Shown here one piece after another: positions 38,305 through 51,444 of a stretch of 64,000 nucleotides of DNA (positions are counted from its first letter, which is position 1; each line of letters begins with the position of its first letter). Location: contig JAAOMT010000134.1 in assembly GCA_016748015.1 (NCBI GenBank), positions 254,757 through 318,756 on the forward strand. The letters run 5' to 3'. Origin of the DNA: Geosiphon pyriformis uo1 (taxonomy: Eukaryota; Fungi; Glomeromycota). The translations under genes were made by a program, and so were the position numbers. The notes beneath the pieces are model-generated. The model was given only the letters and a program-made list of their open reading frames with translations. It did not search any database and had not been told where the DNA came from.

Positions 38305-39349
38305 CAGTTAAATTTAAGATTGGAGACAAAATACTCTTATATTATATTAAAGCAGAAAAACAATAGAGTAGAAAATTTGATCCCAAATAGAATAAACTAT
38401 TTTATATTGAAAAAATTCTAAAAAATGGAGCTTATTAATTAAGATAAAACAACAAAATCTTAGTTAAAATAATACATAAAAATCAATTAAAATCATATTA
38501 TAATATAGTATTATTATTTATCAGTAATATTTTATAATTAAAATATAACAAATACTAGTTTAATCAATAAAATTCCACAAAATTTAGAATTAATTATAAT
38601 CATTAACACAAACATGTCAAATTAATTTACAAAAACAGTATATAAAAAACTAATACACACAACAAAAGCAAATAAAAAGATAGAAATTATTGATAACATT
38701 TACTCATTAATTCAACAATTATTCTAATTGATTAAATATCAAAAACTAAATATGAAAGTTACAATCAATCAACAAATCATTCAATATAAAGACACAAAAA
38801 GAAAATGAAAATCTTAATAAAAAGTACAATATTGAATATATAAAAGACATAAAAATATAATAGAGAATATAATAACAAAAGTAAAAATATCTATAAAAAC
38901 ACCAAAGACAATAGTACTATATAAGAAATTAACAAAAAAAAATTGGAAATAGTAGACACAACAATTTTCAAGAAACTTTTACAATTATTATTTGGGATAA
39001 AAGATTCATATTCAGAACTTATATACAGATAAAACAAAACAGATGTTTAATATAACAATATTACAATAACAATATTACAATAACTTAAATAATTTATGAG
39101 AAAAAACAATCTATTCACATAAGCATAAGCAATATATTAGTTACAAACAAGATTTCAAGACTGTCCAAAAATATTACTACATCTAACAATAAACACAGTA
39201 ACCATTAACCAATTGGAAAAAATTACCTATGTTTAATTTAAAAAAATGCAGACTAATATTGTCTAAGTAATTTTTGAAAAAAAAGTGATAGAGTTAATCA
39301 AGAAAAAAATTTAGAAGATTTAGGAAATCTCAATAGAACTCAATATTAA
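38305..39349 (+). pseudogene. A integrase C-terminus (to ~38625) and ORF3 (~38680-39349)
   Basis: 'KFKIGDKILLY..KFDPK', then an ORF3 homolog ('HIQNLYTDKTKQMFN..TINQLEK'). Confidence 0.75.
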
Positions 39350-39362
39350 AAAGAGGAAATAA

Positions 39363-40158
39363 TATTACTCATAGAAATTAGGAATTATAATAGTAGGTAA
39401 AATAGCCAATCAGAAATAGACATAGTAAAAAGAGAAATTGCAGAATTTTTTTCAAAAAAATTGAAGAATTTCAAGAAATCTTATATAACATGAATTATGT
39501 ATATATAATAAGAATATTAGAAACAGAGAAAGTATTTGAAATTTAAACAAAACAGTAATTAGTAATTATTACTTATCTTATATTTCTTCTTTCAAAAAAT
39601 AGTTTTTTATAACTTAAAGTAAAATTACATCAATATTAATAAAATATCTAATTATTATTTAATCTATATTATCATTACTTGATTAAGAATATTAATTATT
39701 TTTCTATTATTAACAACTTATATTAATAAATTTTGATACTTAATTATACTGGAACAATAGCTTTTGATTATAACTATTAACAAAATACCAATTTTTTATT
39801 TCATTTTTTTATTTTTTTATTTTTTTTTTGTTTATTTTTTTATTGTTTACTAATTAACTAAAGAAATCAAGTACTGAGTATTTAATATTAAAAATAGCCT
39901 GGTAAAAAACTCAGAAACAAGAGTAAAAATTTAAAAATAGCTTATCAGAAAAACATAACTGCCAGAATAAACTGATTACCACACTGAAAAAAAAATTCAC
40001 AGAAGAAACTATCAATTAAATTTTTGTCTATTATACAAAAAACTTAACAAAAATCTTCAAACTTCAAAATTTTTAGAAATTACTAATATCAACAGCTATT
40101 GAGCACCAAGTTATGAGTTTGTTATTTGTTCTAACACTCTAAATAATTATCTGTAATA
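39363..40158 (+). repeat. 3' LTR of A
   Basis: Follows PPT AAAAAGAGGAAATAA; collinear with 1259-2084. Confidence 0.88.
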
Positions 40159-43100
40159 GTGGTCAATGAGAATATAGATGATACTATGCTATAGAAAACT
40201 TATATCTAAACATATATATTGGGTTATTTGTTAAAAACTTTTTTATTTATAAACCTAAGCAATAATAATAACATTTTAATGTTCTTATTACTTAAGTTTG
40301 ATGACTTTAAACAACTTTTATTAGTCAAATTATATGTTTTAGAAAAACAGAGTTTTAATTTGATAAAATATTTTATATTAAATATTGAGCTTTTTGTTGT
40401 GCTTAGCAAAACTTTTGGTAATAAATTATTAAGTATTAAAAAATGTTTTATTATATGAATAGTTTTGGGAGAACATTAACTTTTTCAAAGTTTCCTAAAA
40501 TAATTAAATCATCTTTTATTTCTAAGTTTAGTTTAAATAAAGCTAGAGAAATAGCAATCAGTAAAAAAATTTTAGTCAATAATGATGTTAAAATAATAAA
40601 CAAACATACAAATTAAAAAGTAATAATCAAAAAAATTTCTGTCAATCTTCTAAGATCAGTTGTAAAATCAGTTTTTTTCAAATTTGGTAAAATTGTATTT
40701 ATTAGAATATAGCTAATTAGTTTTTGGCAGAAGATCTTAGTAAAGTTTGAGTCAATTAAAATCACCAATTTGGTTACAGTTAAGTAGTTTGTTTTTATGG
40801 AAAAAGACTTTGTTTGTATGGCAAAAGTTGTTAATAATAAACAAACATAAATTTTTAGGAATTAACATTAAATTTTGTTGTACATTTTACTAATTGGTAC
40901 TACTGCTTATAATTTTTCTGATTTGTTAAAATTATATAATAAGATAACTTGTTTTATTGGCTATAATCCAGTTTTTTATGTACATAACAAATGTGCTGTA
41001 ATTTGTTTTGCTAATAAAATATTAAAAAAAGACTGTCATTGGTTCTATTCCAGTTTTTAAGAGTGTAAATTTGCATTGAACTGGTTTTTTCTGGCCAGTT
41101 GTGTTCAGTATAAATAATTTGGTTATGTTTCTAATATGTGTTTAGTAAGTAGAAATTCAAGTAGTTGTAATAAGTAGATAGTTAATTCTTAAGATCAAAT
41201 TTGTTTGGCAAACATATATAAGAAAAAACAAGTACCAATTACTTGTTCAGTTTTATTTGGTGGAAAAACTTGAGCTTAAATTGCTAGTGATTTTATCTTT
41301 CATGTAGTGCCTTTGGTTTTTTCTAGCACTGATTTATCTTTGAATGTTAAATTTTTTTTACTGATTTCTTTGAAAGTGAATAATAAGTTTGCCACTTTTG
41401 AATGCAGTTTTGTCAGTCTTATGAAGCAAATTAACAAGCTGGTTAAGAGGTTGGATATACTTAGACCAATAGTTTTTCAGTTTAATTTTGGATCTCAGTT
41501 GTTAATAATTTTTTTATCACAAAATTAAGAAACAGATATAGTAATAAGTAAAAGTTTAGATGCAATCACTAATAATAAGACTGTAATAGAAGTAAAATCT
41601 TTGGATTAATTAACTATTAAGAGATTCAAAAATAAAATAAACAATTTATTAAATATAATTATAAGTCTGCTGGCCAAAGTAGATAATAAAAGTTTAAGTT
41701 TAAACACTTTTTTCTAACAATAACTGATTTGATCTGGAAAATTGCTATGTGCAATATTAAAAAAATAATCTTGCTAAGCAAGAGGATATTATTTGTTGGC
41801 ACAAACAAATAAACAATTTGATTTCTATTATTATTAAGACTAAATTAAAAAAAAATTTATTCATAAATTATAAACAAGTTTAATAGTATTTAAATGTTAA
41901 CTTCTGGTTTGGAGTCTAATTATTTTGGTTCTGGTATTACAATTATTATGAACATTGGTTTGACAAAACATGTGTACAAAGTTTTAGAAGTTGCTAGTAG
42001 GCTTTTGTCTTTAAAACTGCTTTTTAAGAATAAACTTTTTATTTTAATTTTGAAACTATATGCTGATACTGCTTTAGTAATATGTTTGGCTTAAGCAAAA
42101 GAAATTAATTTACTAATTGCAAAGACTGTAAACAAAACTTTGTTTGTGATTTTGTGTAGTGATTTTAATAAGAAAGATTTTTGCAAATGTGCTAGTTTTA
42201 AAAAGTGTTTTAATTTGAAACTGGTTAATTCTTTGGTAAAAAACTCTGTTAAAAAACCTTAATTTTAGAAGTGCTAAAAAAATAATTGATTTTATATTTG
42301 TTTCCTTAAATTTAATTAATATAGTAGTAAATCATGATATTTTGGATATTAAAGAGCATTTTAACATTGATCATTAAGTAGTTTTTATTTCTGTAGATTT
42401 GGATAATTTGCTAGATGTATAATTAAACTTTCTTCATAAGCAAACAAATAAAAACTACTGAAAGTTTGATTTTAAAGATACTGATAATGCAAAATAGACC
42501 AAATTCAAAAAAGCTATAATATTTAATACTAGTATATTTTCTAATAAGTTTATTGTATCTAAAAATTTTTCAGATATGAATATAATATAAAACATTATTC
42601 ACAAAATAATGAGTTTATTAGCCAATAAAATATTTAAATAAAATAATTTAAGAATTTCAATAGTGTCTTTACCAAAAAAATTTTTAGGTTTTATAAATTA
42701 AAATTGTTGATGTCAAAAATTGTCAAATCTTTATATAATAGGATTAATAATAAGTTTGTTTTTCTAATGAACTATTAAATGTTTTTAAATAGTAATAAAG
42801 CTTTAAATGTTTAAGTTTTATTAAATTCTGATGTTAATTTTAATTGTATAAGATTTGTTCTTTTTAATATTAAAAAATTATATTATGTTTCTAAACTTTT
42901 TAAGTTATTAAGGACTAAAAGTTACATATTAGATCTGCAATTAACAAAAAAATAGAAAGCTTTACTGTTAATAAATGTCATATAATCAAGAGTATTTTAA
43001 AATACTTTTTTTATAAAATAATATTAGATTACTTGGTTGTTAATAATAAATTGGTTTTGAATTCTAGTAAGATTAATCTAAGGTTAATATAATGATAAAA

Positions 43101-46100
43101 GATTGAAAAAATAAAAGATTAATATTGAACTGTATTTTTAATTTGTGGTATTATTAATATATATTATTAACTTATATTAATAATACTGTTTTTTTTAATA
43201 TTATGGGTGTTATTAATTATAATAATATAATACATGTGATCAAAAATCTGTCTAATAAAAAAACCACTGATTTGTTTGATATTACAAATAAGCTTTGAAA
43301 ACACTGTGATAATTTTGTTCTTATTATGTTTTTAAATTTTTTAAACTCTTGTTTGGTATGTAAGTCTGTACCACAACTTTAAAAACAAGCTTAAATGTTA
43401 ATAATTTCTAAATCTTATAAGTAAAAAAGTGTTTTGACTAATACCAAACCAATTGTCTTAATTAAAACTGCTTAAAAAAAAATTTTCAAGATACTTTTAG
43501 ATAAAATCTCTTTGATCTGTAGTAAATTTGATGTTTTTTATGATGACAATTTTTTTGTATTAAAAAGCACTACTATCTAGTTTTTTATCTTTGTAATGGA
43601 CTCAATAATTAAAAATGTTTTGAAAAAAGACCATAAACTTTGGCTGGTCTTATAAAATATGTAAAAAACTTTTAACTTTATTGGTTAGTATTATTTGAAA
43701 AATAATTTAGTACAAATTAATATGTGTAAGCAATTTATTAGATTCTTTAGTAATATTTACAATGATAGATTTAATTGGGTTATGACTAATTATAGGCTAA
43801 CTAATGAGTACTGAGTACATAATAGTCTGAATTAGGGTGAGATTTTTTTTTAGTTTTGAAAAATTTTTTATGATTTTTTCTTATGTAAAGTCAAAAGACA
43901 TAAAAGCTTGTATAGTTATTATATTAATATTAAATTTGTAGCCAAAATTGGCAAGATAGAAAACCAAAATAGATTAACTTTATATTTGGTGGCTGGTACT
44001 TTTATTAATGTTATTTATAAAAATATAAATTATAATAAGTAAAAAATTGCCAATAAAAAAAACATAATAAATAGAAAAATTCCAGAATTTTTTTTGAGAA
44101 ATTGCAAGATTCCAAAATTTTTTTTAAAAAAATTAAAAAATTTCAAAAAGTTTTATATAATATGAATTATGTATATATAATAAGAGTGTTAAAAACAGAA
44201 AAAATATTGAAAAGAAAACATTTAAAATAACAATATTTTTCTTTTTAAAAGATAATTTTCTATAACTTGAAATGAAATTATACTTATATCAATAAAACAT
44301 CTATTATTATCTAAATTCATATTATTATTATTTGATTAAAGAAATATTAATCTATTTTATACTATTAACATTTTATGTTGATAAAATTTAATACTTAATT
44401 ATACTAAACTAATAGCTCTTGATTATGGCTATTGACAGAATATTAATTTCTTATTTTTTTTCTTATTTTCTTTTTATTTTATTTTATTTTATTTTATTTT
44501 TTTGTTGTTTATTAATTAATTAAAGAAATTAAGTACTAAGTAATTAACATCAAAAATAACCTGGTAAAAAACCCAAAAACAAGAATAAAAATTTAAGAAT
44601 AGTTTACCAAAAAGACATAACTGTTAGAATAAACTGGCCATTATGTTAAAGAAAAAAATTCACAAAAAAAACCATCAATTGAATCTCTGTTTATTATACA
44701 AAAAATTCAACCAAAATTTTTAGACTTCAAAATCTTCAGAAATTACCAATATTTTCAGCTATTGAACACCAAATTATGGGTTTATTATTTGTTTTAACAT
44801 CCCAAATAATCATCTATAACATTGATAATACAATTTAAGTGAAAAGTAGTCAGGCTACTATTCAATATATTTTAAATATTGCAAGTGAGTTTTTTAACAT
44901 TAATAATATTTTAATTAATAATAAAAAAACAGTGGCCATTTTTATTAACCAAAAAGTTAGAAATACCATATTATTAATAAGTAGTCTGCCAATATCTATT
45001 GCTCAAAAAAAAGAATCTTACAAATATCTTGGTATTTTTTGTTTTTTAAAAGTTTATCCAAATTTAGTTTGAAAAAAACTTATTTAGATATCAAATTTTT
45101 TGCCAATATAATCTAAAAAAAACTGTTTTAGATAAGCAGATTTTTTATTTAGTCTTAGCTATACTACAACTTATTTTTGATTACAGAACCCAATTTAATT
45201 TTGTTTTTAAAAGTGTGTGTAAAAAATAAAATATGTTGATTAAAAAAAATTTGAAGATAAAAGCTGGTTTGCCTAAAGATTTTTTTAATAAAAGCTCTTT
45301 ATTATTTATTTTTGTATAACTTAAAATCATTTGAGCAAATACAAACAAAAAATAAATTGGCTTTTGTGTTAGGTTTTTCAAATTTTGGTGGTATTTTTGG
45401 TTATTTGTTTGATTATAGATTTTTGAATTTGTAGATTTTGAGTTGGTTTCTTATTTATCTTTTACAAAACTTTGTAAAGTTAAGAATTAATTCAGTTAAC
45501 AATTTTTTGACTGGTGTGATAAAAATTTTTCTAAATTATAATATTTCTCTTAACAATAATTTTTTCTTTGTATTTCATTTTTTTGATGGCATTTTAATGT
45601 CTTCTAAAATAGAAGACATAATGTTTTATAATATTTCTTACTTACTTAAAAAATTTAATATTATCTTTATTAAACAGTTATATAATAAAAAAAAATTGAT
45701 TTTTGATTAAAAAAGTTTTTATTATTGAAAAAAACTTAATCTTAGAGGTTTAGTCTCTGTTTGGTTTAAATTAATATGTGATTACTTAGTCAATTTTAAC
45801 TTTCATTTTGTTGTTTAGCTAATTGTTAACAGTTCCAATTTTTAAATATTTGTGATACAAATAACTTCTCCACAATACAATAATGTCTCTTTAATGCTGA
45901 TTTGAATATTATTAATGTTTATATAAATAGGTCTTTAAAAAACTTGAATATGTGTAAAATAAAATATGGTGCAGCTGTATTTTTTGCCAACTTGAATCTA
46001 AGTATTAGTGTTAAGATTGGTGGTTTGGTGTCTTTTACAATAATGAAATTATAAACAATTGCTTTGGCTTTGAAATATGTTCCAGTCTTCAGTAATATTG

Positions 46101-47340
46101 TAATATATTTAGATAATCAAGTTGTTTTAAATGTTTGTATTGTAGAATTAAATATGGTTTTACCAGACTTTTGCAATCATTGTTGGCTTAAGAGATATTA
46201 TATTGCAAATTCTATTAAATATAAGAAACTTACTGTTTTCTGAACCAAAGTTAAAGATTATTTAACTGTTTTAAGTAATAAACATATTAACATACTGGTT
46301 GGCTTAGTATTATGTTTAAATTTGTCACTTCCTGTTTTTGTCAAAAAAAGATACATTAAAACTGGTAAAATAGCAGTGTTTGAGAATGTTTGTTATTTTA
46401 CTTACAATATATTTAGGACTGTTTATTGTGCTCATTTAGAAGTTTGGTTTAAATCTTGTATTATTAATAAAATCATAATTAAAAATATGAATTAAATTCA
46501 AACTTTGTTGGTTTGGCATTTTAATCTGTATATAACATTTGATTTTACAAATAAAACTATTGTTAATTTACAGCCATATTTTATAAAGGCTTTGTATCAT
46601 TGTTTGTCAGTTGCTATATATAAGCATTTATATAACAAAAAGTATTTTAGTGTATTGTGTTTATATTATAAGGAAGTAGAATTTTTTGATCATTTTTTTA
46701 CATATGCAATAGACTTTGGTATTTACAAAAAACTGCTTAATTTATATTTGGTTCAATAGAATTTTGTTTCAAGTCTAAATTTATTATCTTTTTGTATTTT
46801 ACAATTATTTTTCTTATATACTTCTGACAATATTATGTATATTGTTTTATGCAAAAGTTTTGTGTTTAGAAAATAATACTTAAAGACTTTCTTTGTTTTT
46901 GGTTATACCAAAACTGCCAACAAAAAAATTGTCAATTTGGTATAAAATTTAGAAATAGTTTATTAGATTAAAATGTAATTAATAAGAACTAAATATAAAG
47001 TATTTATGGAAAAAAAAAGTTTGATTGTATATGATAAGTTTGTATTTTCAGAAGTTTGTAGTTATTTGATTTTGCTCTCTAATAGTATTGTTAAATTGCT
47101 TGGGATTGAAAAAATATATGGTGTTAATTTTGGTTTTTATAAGTTTAGCAGTTTTTTTTCTGATACTGATTATACAATTTCTGTTAAAATAAATTTATAG
47201 TATTGTTCTAATTAGTCTAAGTAATTGGTCACATGTAAAAAATATATAATTTGTATTTAATTTAAATTACTTAGTTTAATATATTATGCTAAGTGGCATT
47301 TGAGTCTCACTTATAAAATATTAATAAATAAAAAAATTGT
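40159..47340 (+). mobile_element. Decayed autonomous LINE (ORF1 3' part; ORF2 APE-RT-RNase H-zinc finger; A-rich tail)
   Basis: ORF2 ~41720-47200: 'WKIAMCNI' and 'SDFN..IDFIFVS..IDH' (APE), 'LTNTKPIVLI', F(V)DD site ~44005, 'YKYLGIF' (RT), decayed RNase H motifs 45915-46300, 'CLY..E..DH' zinc finger ~46660. Confidence 0.85.
44009..44821 (+). mobile_element. Solo LTR of the A-type family inside the LINE RT
   Basis: TGTTAT...TATAACA; TSD TTAA/TTGA; no PBS or internal region. Confidence 0.88.
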
Positions 47341-47617
47341 AAAAAATTATTTAATAATATTAAAAAAAAATTTATTTTTTTAAAATTCAAAAAAATTACA
47401 TAAATTATTTATATTTAAGTTAAACAAAATTAATTTTTTTATAATTTAATTTTAATTTAATAATAAAAACTTAAATTTTATTTTTATATAATATAATTAT
47501 ATTTTAAATTAAGTTATATAAAAAAACATGTTGTTTTTAGTTTAATTTATACAAGTGAAAATTTTTATTTGGTGCTTATAATTTATTATAAAAAGTACAC
47601 TTTGTCTCCTTAATTTT

Positions 47618-49072
47618 ATGACCACGACCAGAGCAAAGAGTAAAAAAGCAGCACCTAATATCTGTCTTGAGATATCTAATAAAATTTCAACCAGAGGAGC
47701 TCTCTCTGTTATAGAAGCAACTAGGCAGAACGTTTTAGAAGCCTTCCCCTTACCCAGTAATCGTGATAAGCTGTCTTTGGTAGCCACTGAAGCAACTTTC
47801 TCATCTTTGGCTGGTTTCTCACCAGTCAAAGTTCCCTTAAAGAGACACACCTGGGTTAGTCCCAGTGTTGTCTCCACCCCAACCAAGAGCCCAAAAGTTT
47901 TTAATAATAGACCAGTAAATAAACTGGTATTTCCCTCCATAGCTTCAACATCTGGTGCTACTGGCACTTCTTCTTCAAAAAAAATGGTCAAAAAGACCAA
48001 AAGTTCAGAAAAGTGGGAGCAGTTGCTTGCCTCTGCTATTGTTACACCAAACTCCTTTGTGGTTCCCAATGAGATCTTAGATGAAATCTCCATAGCATCA
48101 TCTGGTATGTCATCCAAGATGGGCCAAGATCAACCACTGGCTGTGTTGTCAAATGTGGTGTCTTCTGACAGATCATCGCCGGTTTTAGAAGCAAAACAAT
48201 CTCCTTCTATTGGGTCACCTGTTCTTGGAAACTGGGCTGATCAAATAGAAACTGATTCATCTTTTCCTCTAGTTTCTGGTACTACTTCTGGTGGTACTTG
48301 GGAAACTATTACTAGTCGTCAAAAGTTTGCTGGGTGGGTGGCCTCCACTCTGGTGCCTGGTGCTACTTTTAAGATCAAATTGGCTTATGTTAAGACTGTT
48401 TTTCAGTCTGTGCATGGTTTTTTGGGTGCTAAATCTGTTTCGAAAGACAATGTGAAGCTTTTCTGTGTAGAATTTGCTTCTCAGCAGTCTTTAGAAGCTG
48501 TGTTTCTGGTTGAACTTACAAGCTCTGTTTGTTTGACCACTCTTAAAATTGCCAAGTCTTTGGTGGTTTCTAAATCTGGTTCCTCTTTTGCTGCTGTTGC
48601 ACTGCGTGATGTACCTTTGGGTGTGTCTGCTGCTAACATTAAGTTGGGTCTCAGTGTGTTTAGTAGTGTTACTTGTGTTGTGCTGAAGCCTGCTGGCATT
48701 TGGCAGTATGTAGTAGTTTATTTTGAAAAGTTGGACTTTGCTGTGTCTGCTTTGAAGCATTGGTCAGTTTTGGTGGGCAAGGATAATGTTAGAATTCTCC
48801 TTCTAGTGAATTAAAATAAGACTATTTTGTTTCGTAATAAGTTTAAGGCCAAATTGGTCAATTTTCCTCCTGACTGTACCACCTTTGAAATTAGTGATAT
48901 GATTTTTCAGATTGGTGGTCAAACATGTTTCATCCCTCATTTTCCTGATTCTGGTTGTCGTTCCTGGTTTGCTTTGGTTACATTTGACTTTCAAGGCGAT
49001 TTGGATTTTGCTGTAGTTAAAATTAGTACTCTAAAGAAATGCCATATCTGGTGAGAAACTCCTGACTGCTGG
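47618..49072 (+). pseudogene. G ORF1-like protein, N-terminal part
   Basis: 398-aa ORF plus in-frame continuation 48827-49054; Ser/Thr-rich N-terminus, then 'VALRDVPLGVS..IKLGLSVF..YVVVYFE' RRM-like region. Confidence 0.75.
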
Positions 49073-49512
49073 TGTTACGGGATGGTTTTCTTGTTATATT
49101 TAATTGCTGATATCCCGCTTTAATTGCAATCAGTCTTTCGTGAGTTCCTCAGTTCTATTTGTGTGATAATGTCACTGTTACACTGAAGGCTTTCTTTTTA
49201 CTGTTGCGATGTAAGTTATTCTTTAATTCTTGATTGTTGTGTGTGTTTATGTACTCCTTCTCAGAGGCTGAACTGAAATCTACCCACTGTCTGGGATCTT
49301 CTCTGAGGCTATCCTTGCAATTGCCTGATGTGTTTCTCTAATCTAGAAACACAGAATGTTAATGGTCTTTAGTGCTTTTCTAATCTCACAATAAAGCTTT
49401 TATCAATTAGTAACAACATGAATAATCTTGATCAAGGATTATTCTTCCAAGGGATTCAGTTGATGAATGATAGTTTCATTCAATAAATAATACAAGTAAG
49501 TTTCTTAATACT
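49073..49512 (-). repeat. LTR of F (partial, ends in gap); second partial copy at 55755-56165
   Basis: Near-identical sequence at 55755-56165; TG terminus. Confidence 0.8.
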
Positions 49513-50007
49513 NNNNNNNNNNNNNNNNNNNNNNNNNNNNNNNNNNNNNNNNNNNNNNNNNNNNNNNNNNNNNNNNNNNNNNNNNNNNNNNNNNNNNNNN
49601 NNNNNNNNNNNNNNNNNNNNNNNNNNNNNNNNNNNNNNNNNNNNNNNNNNNNNNNNNNNNNNNNNNNNNNNNNNNNNNNNNNNNNNNNNNNNNNNNNNNN
49701 NNNNNNNNNNNNNNNNNNNNNNNNNNNNNNNNNNNNNNNNNNNNNNNNNNNNNNNNNNNNNNNNNNNNNNNNNNNNNNNNNNNNNNNNNNNNNNNNNNNN
49801 NNNNNNNNNNNNNNNNNNNNNNNNNNNNNNNNNNNNNNNNNNNNNNNNNNNNNNNNNNNNNNNNNNNNNNNNNNNNNNNNNNNNNNNNNNNNNNNNNNNN
49901 NNNNNNNNNNNNNNNNNNNNNNNNNNNNNNNNNNNNNNNNNNNNNNNNNNNNNNNNNNNNNNNNNNNNNNNNNNNNNNNNNNNNNNNNNNNNNNNNNNNN
50001 NNNNNNN

Positions 50008-50136
50008 TATGTGATTTTGGATGAAATAGTGTTTTGCTAATTTTTGGAGCTTAATTAGCTCTTTTACTGGCATTTCTTCGTCTATTTGTAGTGTTTCCAA
50101 GTATTGGCTGAGGTTTTTGTAAAGATGGTTGTTCAT
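50008..50136 (-). pseudogene. F integrase ORF start (rest lost in gap)
   Basis: 'MNNHLYKNLSQYLETLQ..KHYFIQNHI' parallels 'MNIQKYQQLQHYINTQ..KYFINHQNIL' of the other copies. Confidence 0.65.
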
Positions 50137-50165
50137 TGTTGTTGTGGCAGGTGGGTTGGTGATTT

Positions 50166-51375
50166 TTATGTGTGTCTCATTCTTGACAAACAGTCGGCAT
50201 TAGCATTTTTGGTACCTTCTTTGTATTTGATAATATAATCATATAGTGCTAACGTTTGTGACCATCTGGCATATTTTCTTTTTAGCACTTTCTTGTTATT
50301 TAACCAGACCAGACCTCTATGATCTGTCGTAATTTCAAAGGGTTGGTACCGTAAATATGTGTCAAAGTGAACACAACTCTAGACTACTGCTAAGCATTCA
50401 AGTTCATGTGCTGTGTAGTTTTGTTCTGCCGTACTGAGACTTCTGCTGGCATAAGCGATTACATGTTCTCTTCCATTATCATCTTTTTGTGACAGAATGG
50501 CTCCAAGTCCAGTTCCAGAGGCATCTGTGGCCAAAATGAATTTCTTGTTGAAATTCGGATAGATCATTATTGGTGATTCAATGAGCTTTTGTCTAAGGTA
50601 CTCAAAAGCTTTTTGTTGTGCTTCAGTCCATTCAAACTTCACATTTTTAGATAGTAGNNNNNNNNNNNNNNNNNNNNAAATTTTTCACTTTGTCTATTTT
50701 TGATGGATCTGGTTTTATTTCATCTTTTCCAACTACGTGTCCTAAAAATGCTAGCTCATTTTTCCCAAAGAAATATTTTTCTAGATTTAGTTTAAGTCCA
50801 GCGTGTCTCAATCTCTCAAAAACTTTTTGTAAATGTTGGAGATAATCCGTGAATTTTGACGAGAAAACATTTGTATCATCCAAGTAGACAACGGATTGCC
50901 ACAGGATTCCGAAGTAAATTACGTCCATTAGTCTTTGGAATGTTGCGGGAGTGTTTGTTAATCCAAATGGCATTACATTGAACTCATAATTGTCATTTTG
51001 TGTTGTGAATGCTGTTTTATGCCTGTCCTTTGGGTCCATTTCCACTTGCCAGTACTCACTGGTCAAGTCCAGTGTAGAAAACCATTTTGCTCCTCCAAAA
51101 ACGTCGAAGATTTTGTCAATTAACAGTATTGGATATGAGTCTTTGGTTGTTTTGCTGTTTAGTTTGCGATAGTCGACGCAAAATCTAATTTTTCCGTTCT
51201 TTTTTCTTACTAAAACAACTGGTGAGGACCATGGGCTCATTGATGGTTGTATTATTCCTTTTTCCAACATGCTTTGGACTTCTTCTCTGATAAAATTATG
51301 CTCCATTGGTGGGACACAGTAAGCGCGTTGTTTTTCAGGTCTGGTGTCTCCAGTGGGGATTTGGTGTTGAACCAA
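50166..51375 (-). pseudogene. F reverse transcriptase-RNase H
   Basis: 'RFCVDYRKLN', 'MPFGL', 'VYLDD', 'ATDASG', 'ELECLAV', 'NADCLSR'. Confidence 0.93.
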
Positions 51376-51444
51376 ATTGGTTCTTCCAAATTTGCCATTT
51401 CTTGAAAATATATCAGAGTATTTTAAAATTAATGCTTTTAATTG

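Larger units (their letters stand above)
1259..40158 (+). mobile_element. Ty3/Gypsy LTR retrotransposon A (outermost, most decayed), interrupted at 9221-38304
   Basis: Paired LTRs 1259-2084 and 39363-40158, PBS, gag-PR-dUT-RT-RH, and an integrase that breaks at 9220 and resumes at 38305 (K-x-V|KFKIGDK); PPT at about 39348-39362. Confidence 0.88.

Noticed and set aside
47542-48117. Antisense ORFs (also 12911, 14229, 21191, 23392, 25665, 26940, 28334, 34754, 53594, 60318)
   Set aside because: These are shadow frames opposite gag/pol/ORF1/ORF3. Their recurrence follows from sense-strand homology and there is no independent coding signal.
49480-50136. 218-aa ORF (and the 480-aa ORF 53850-55292) as real proteins
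   Set aside because: Both read through N gaps and join non-contiguous pieces.
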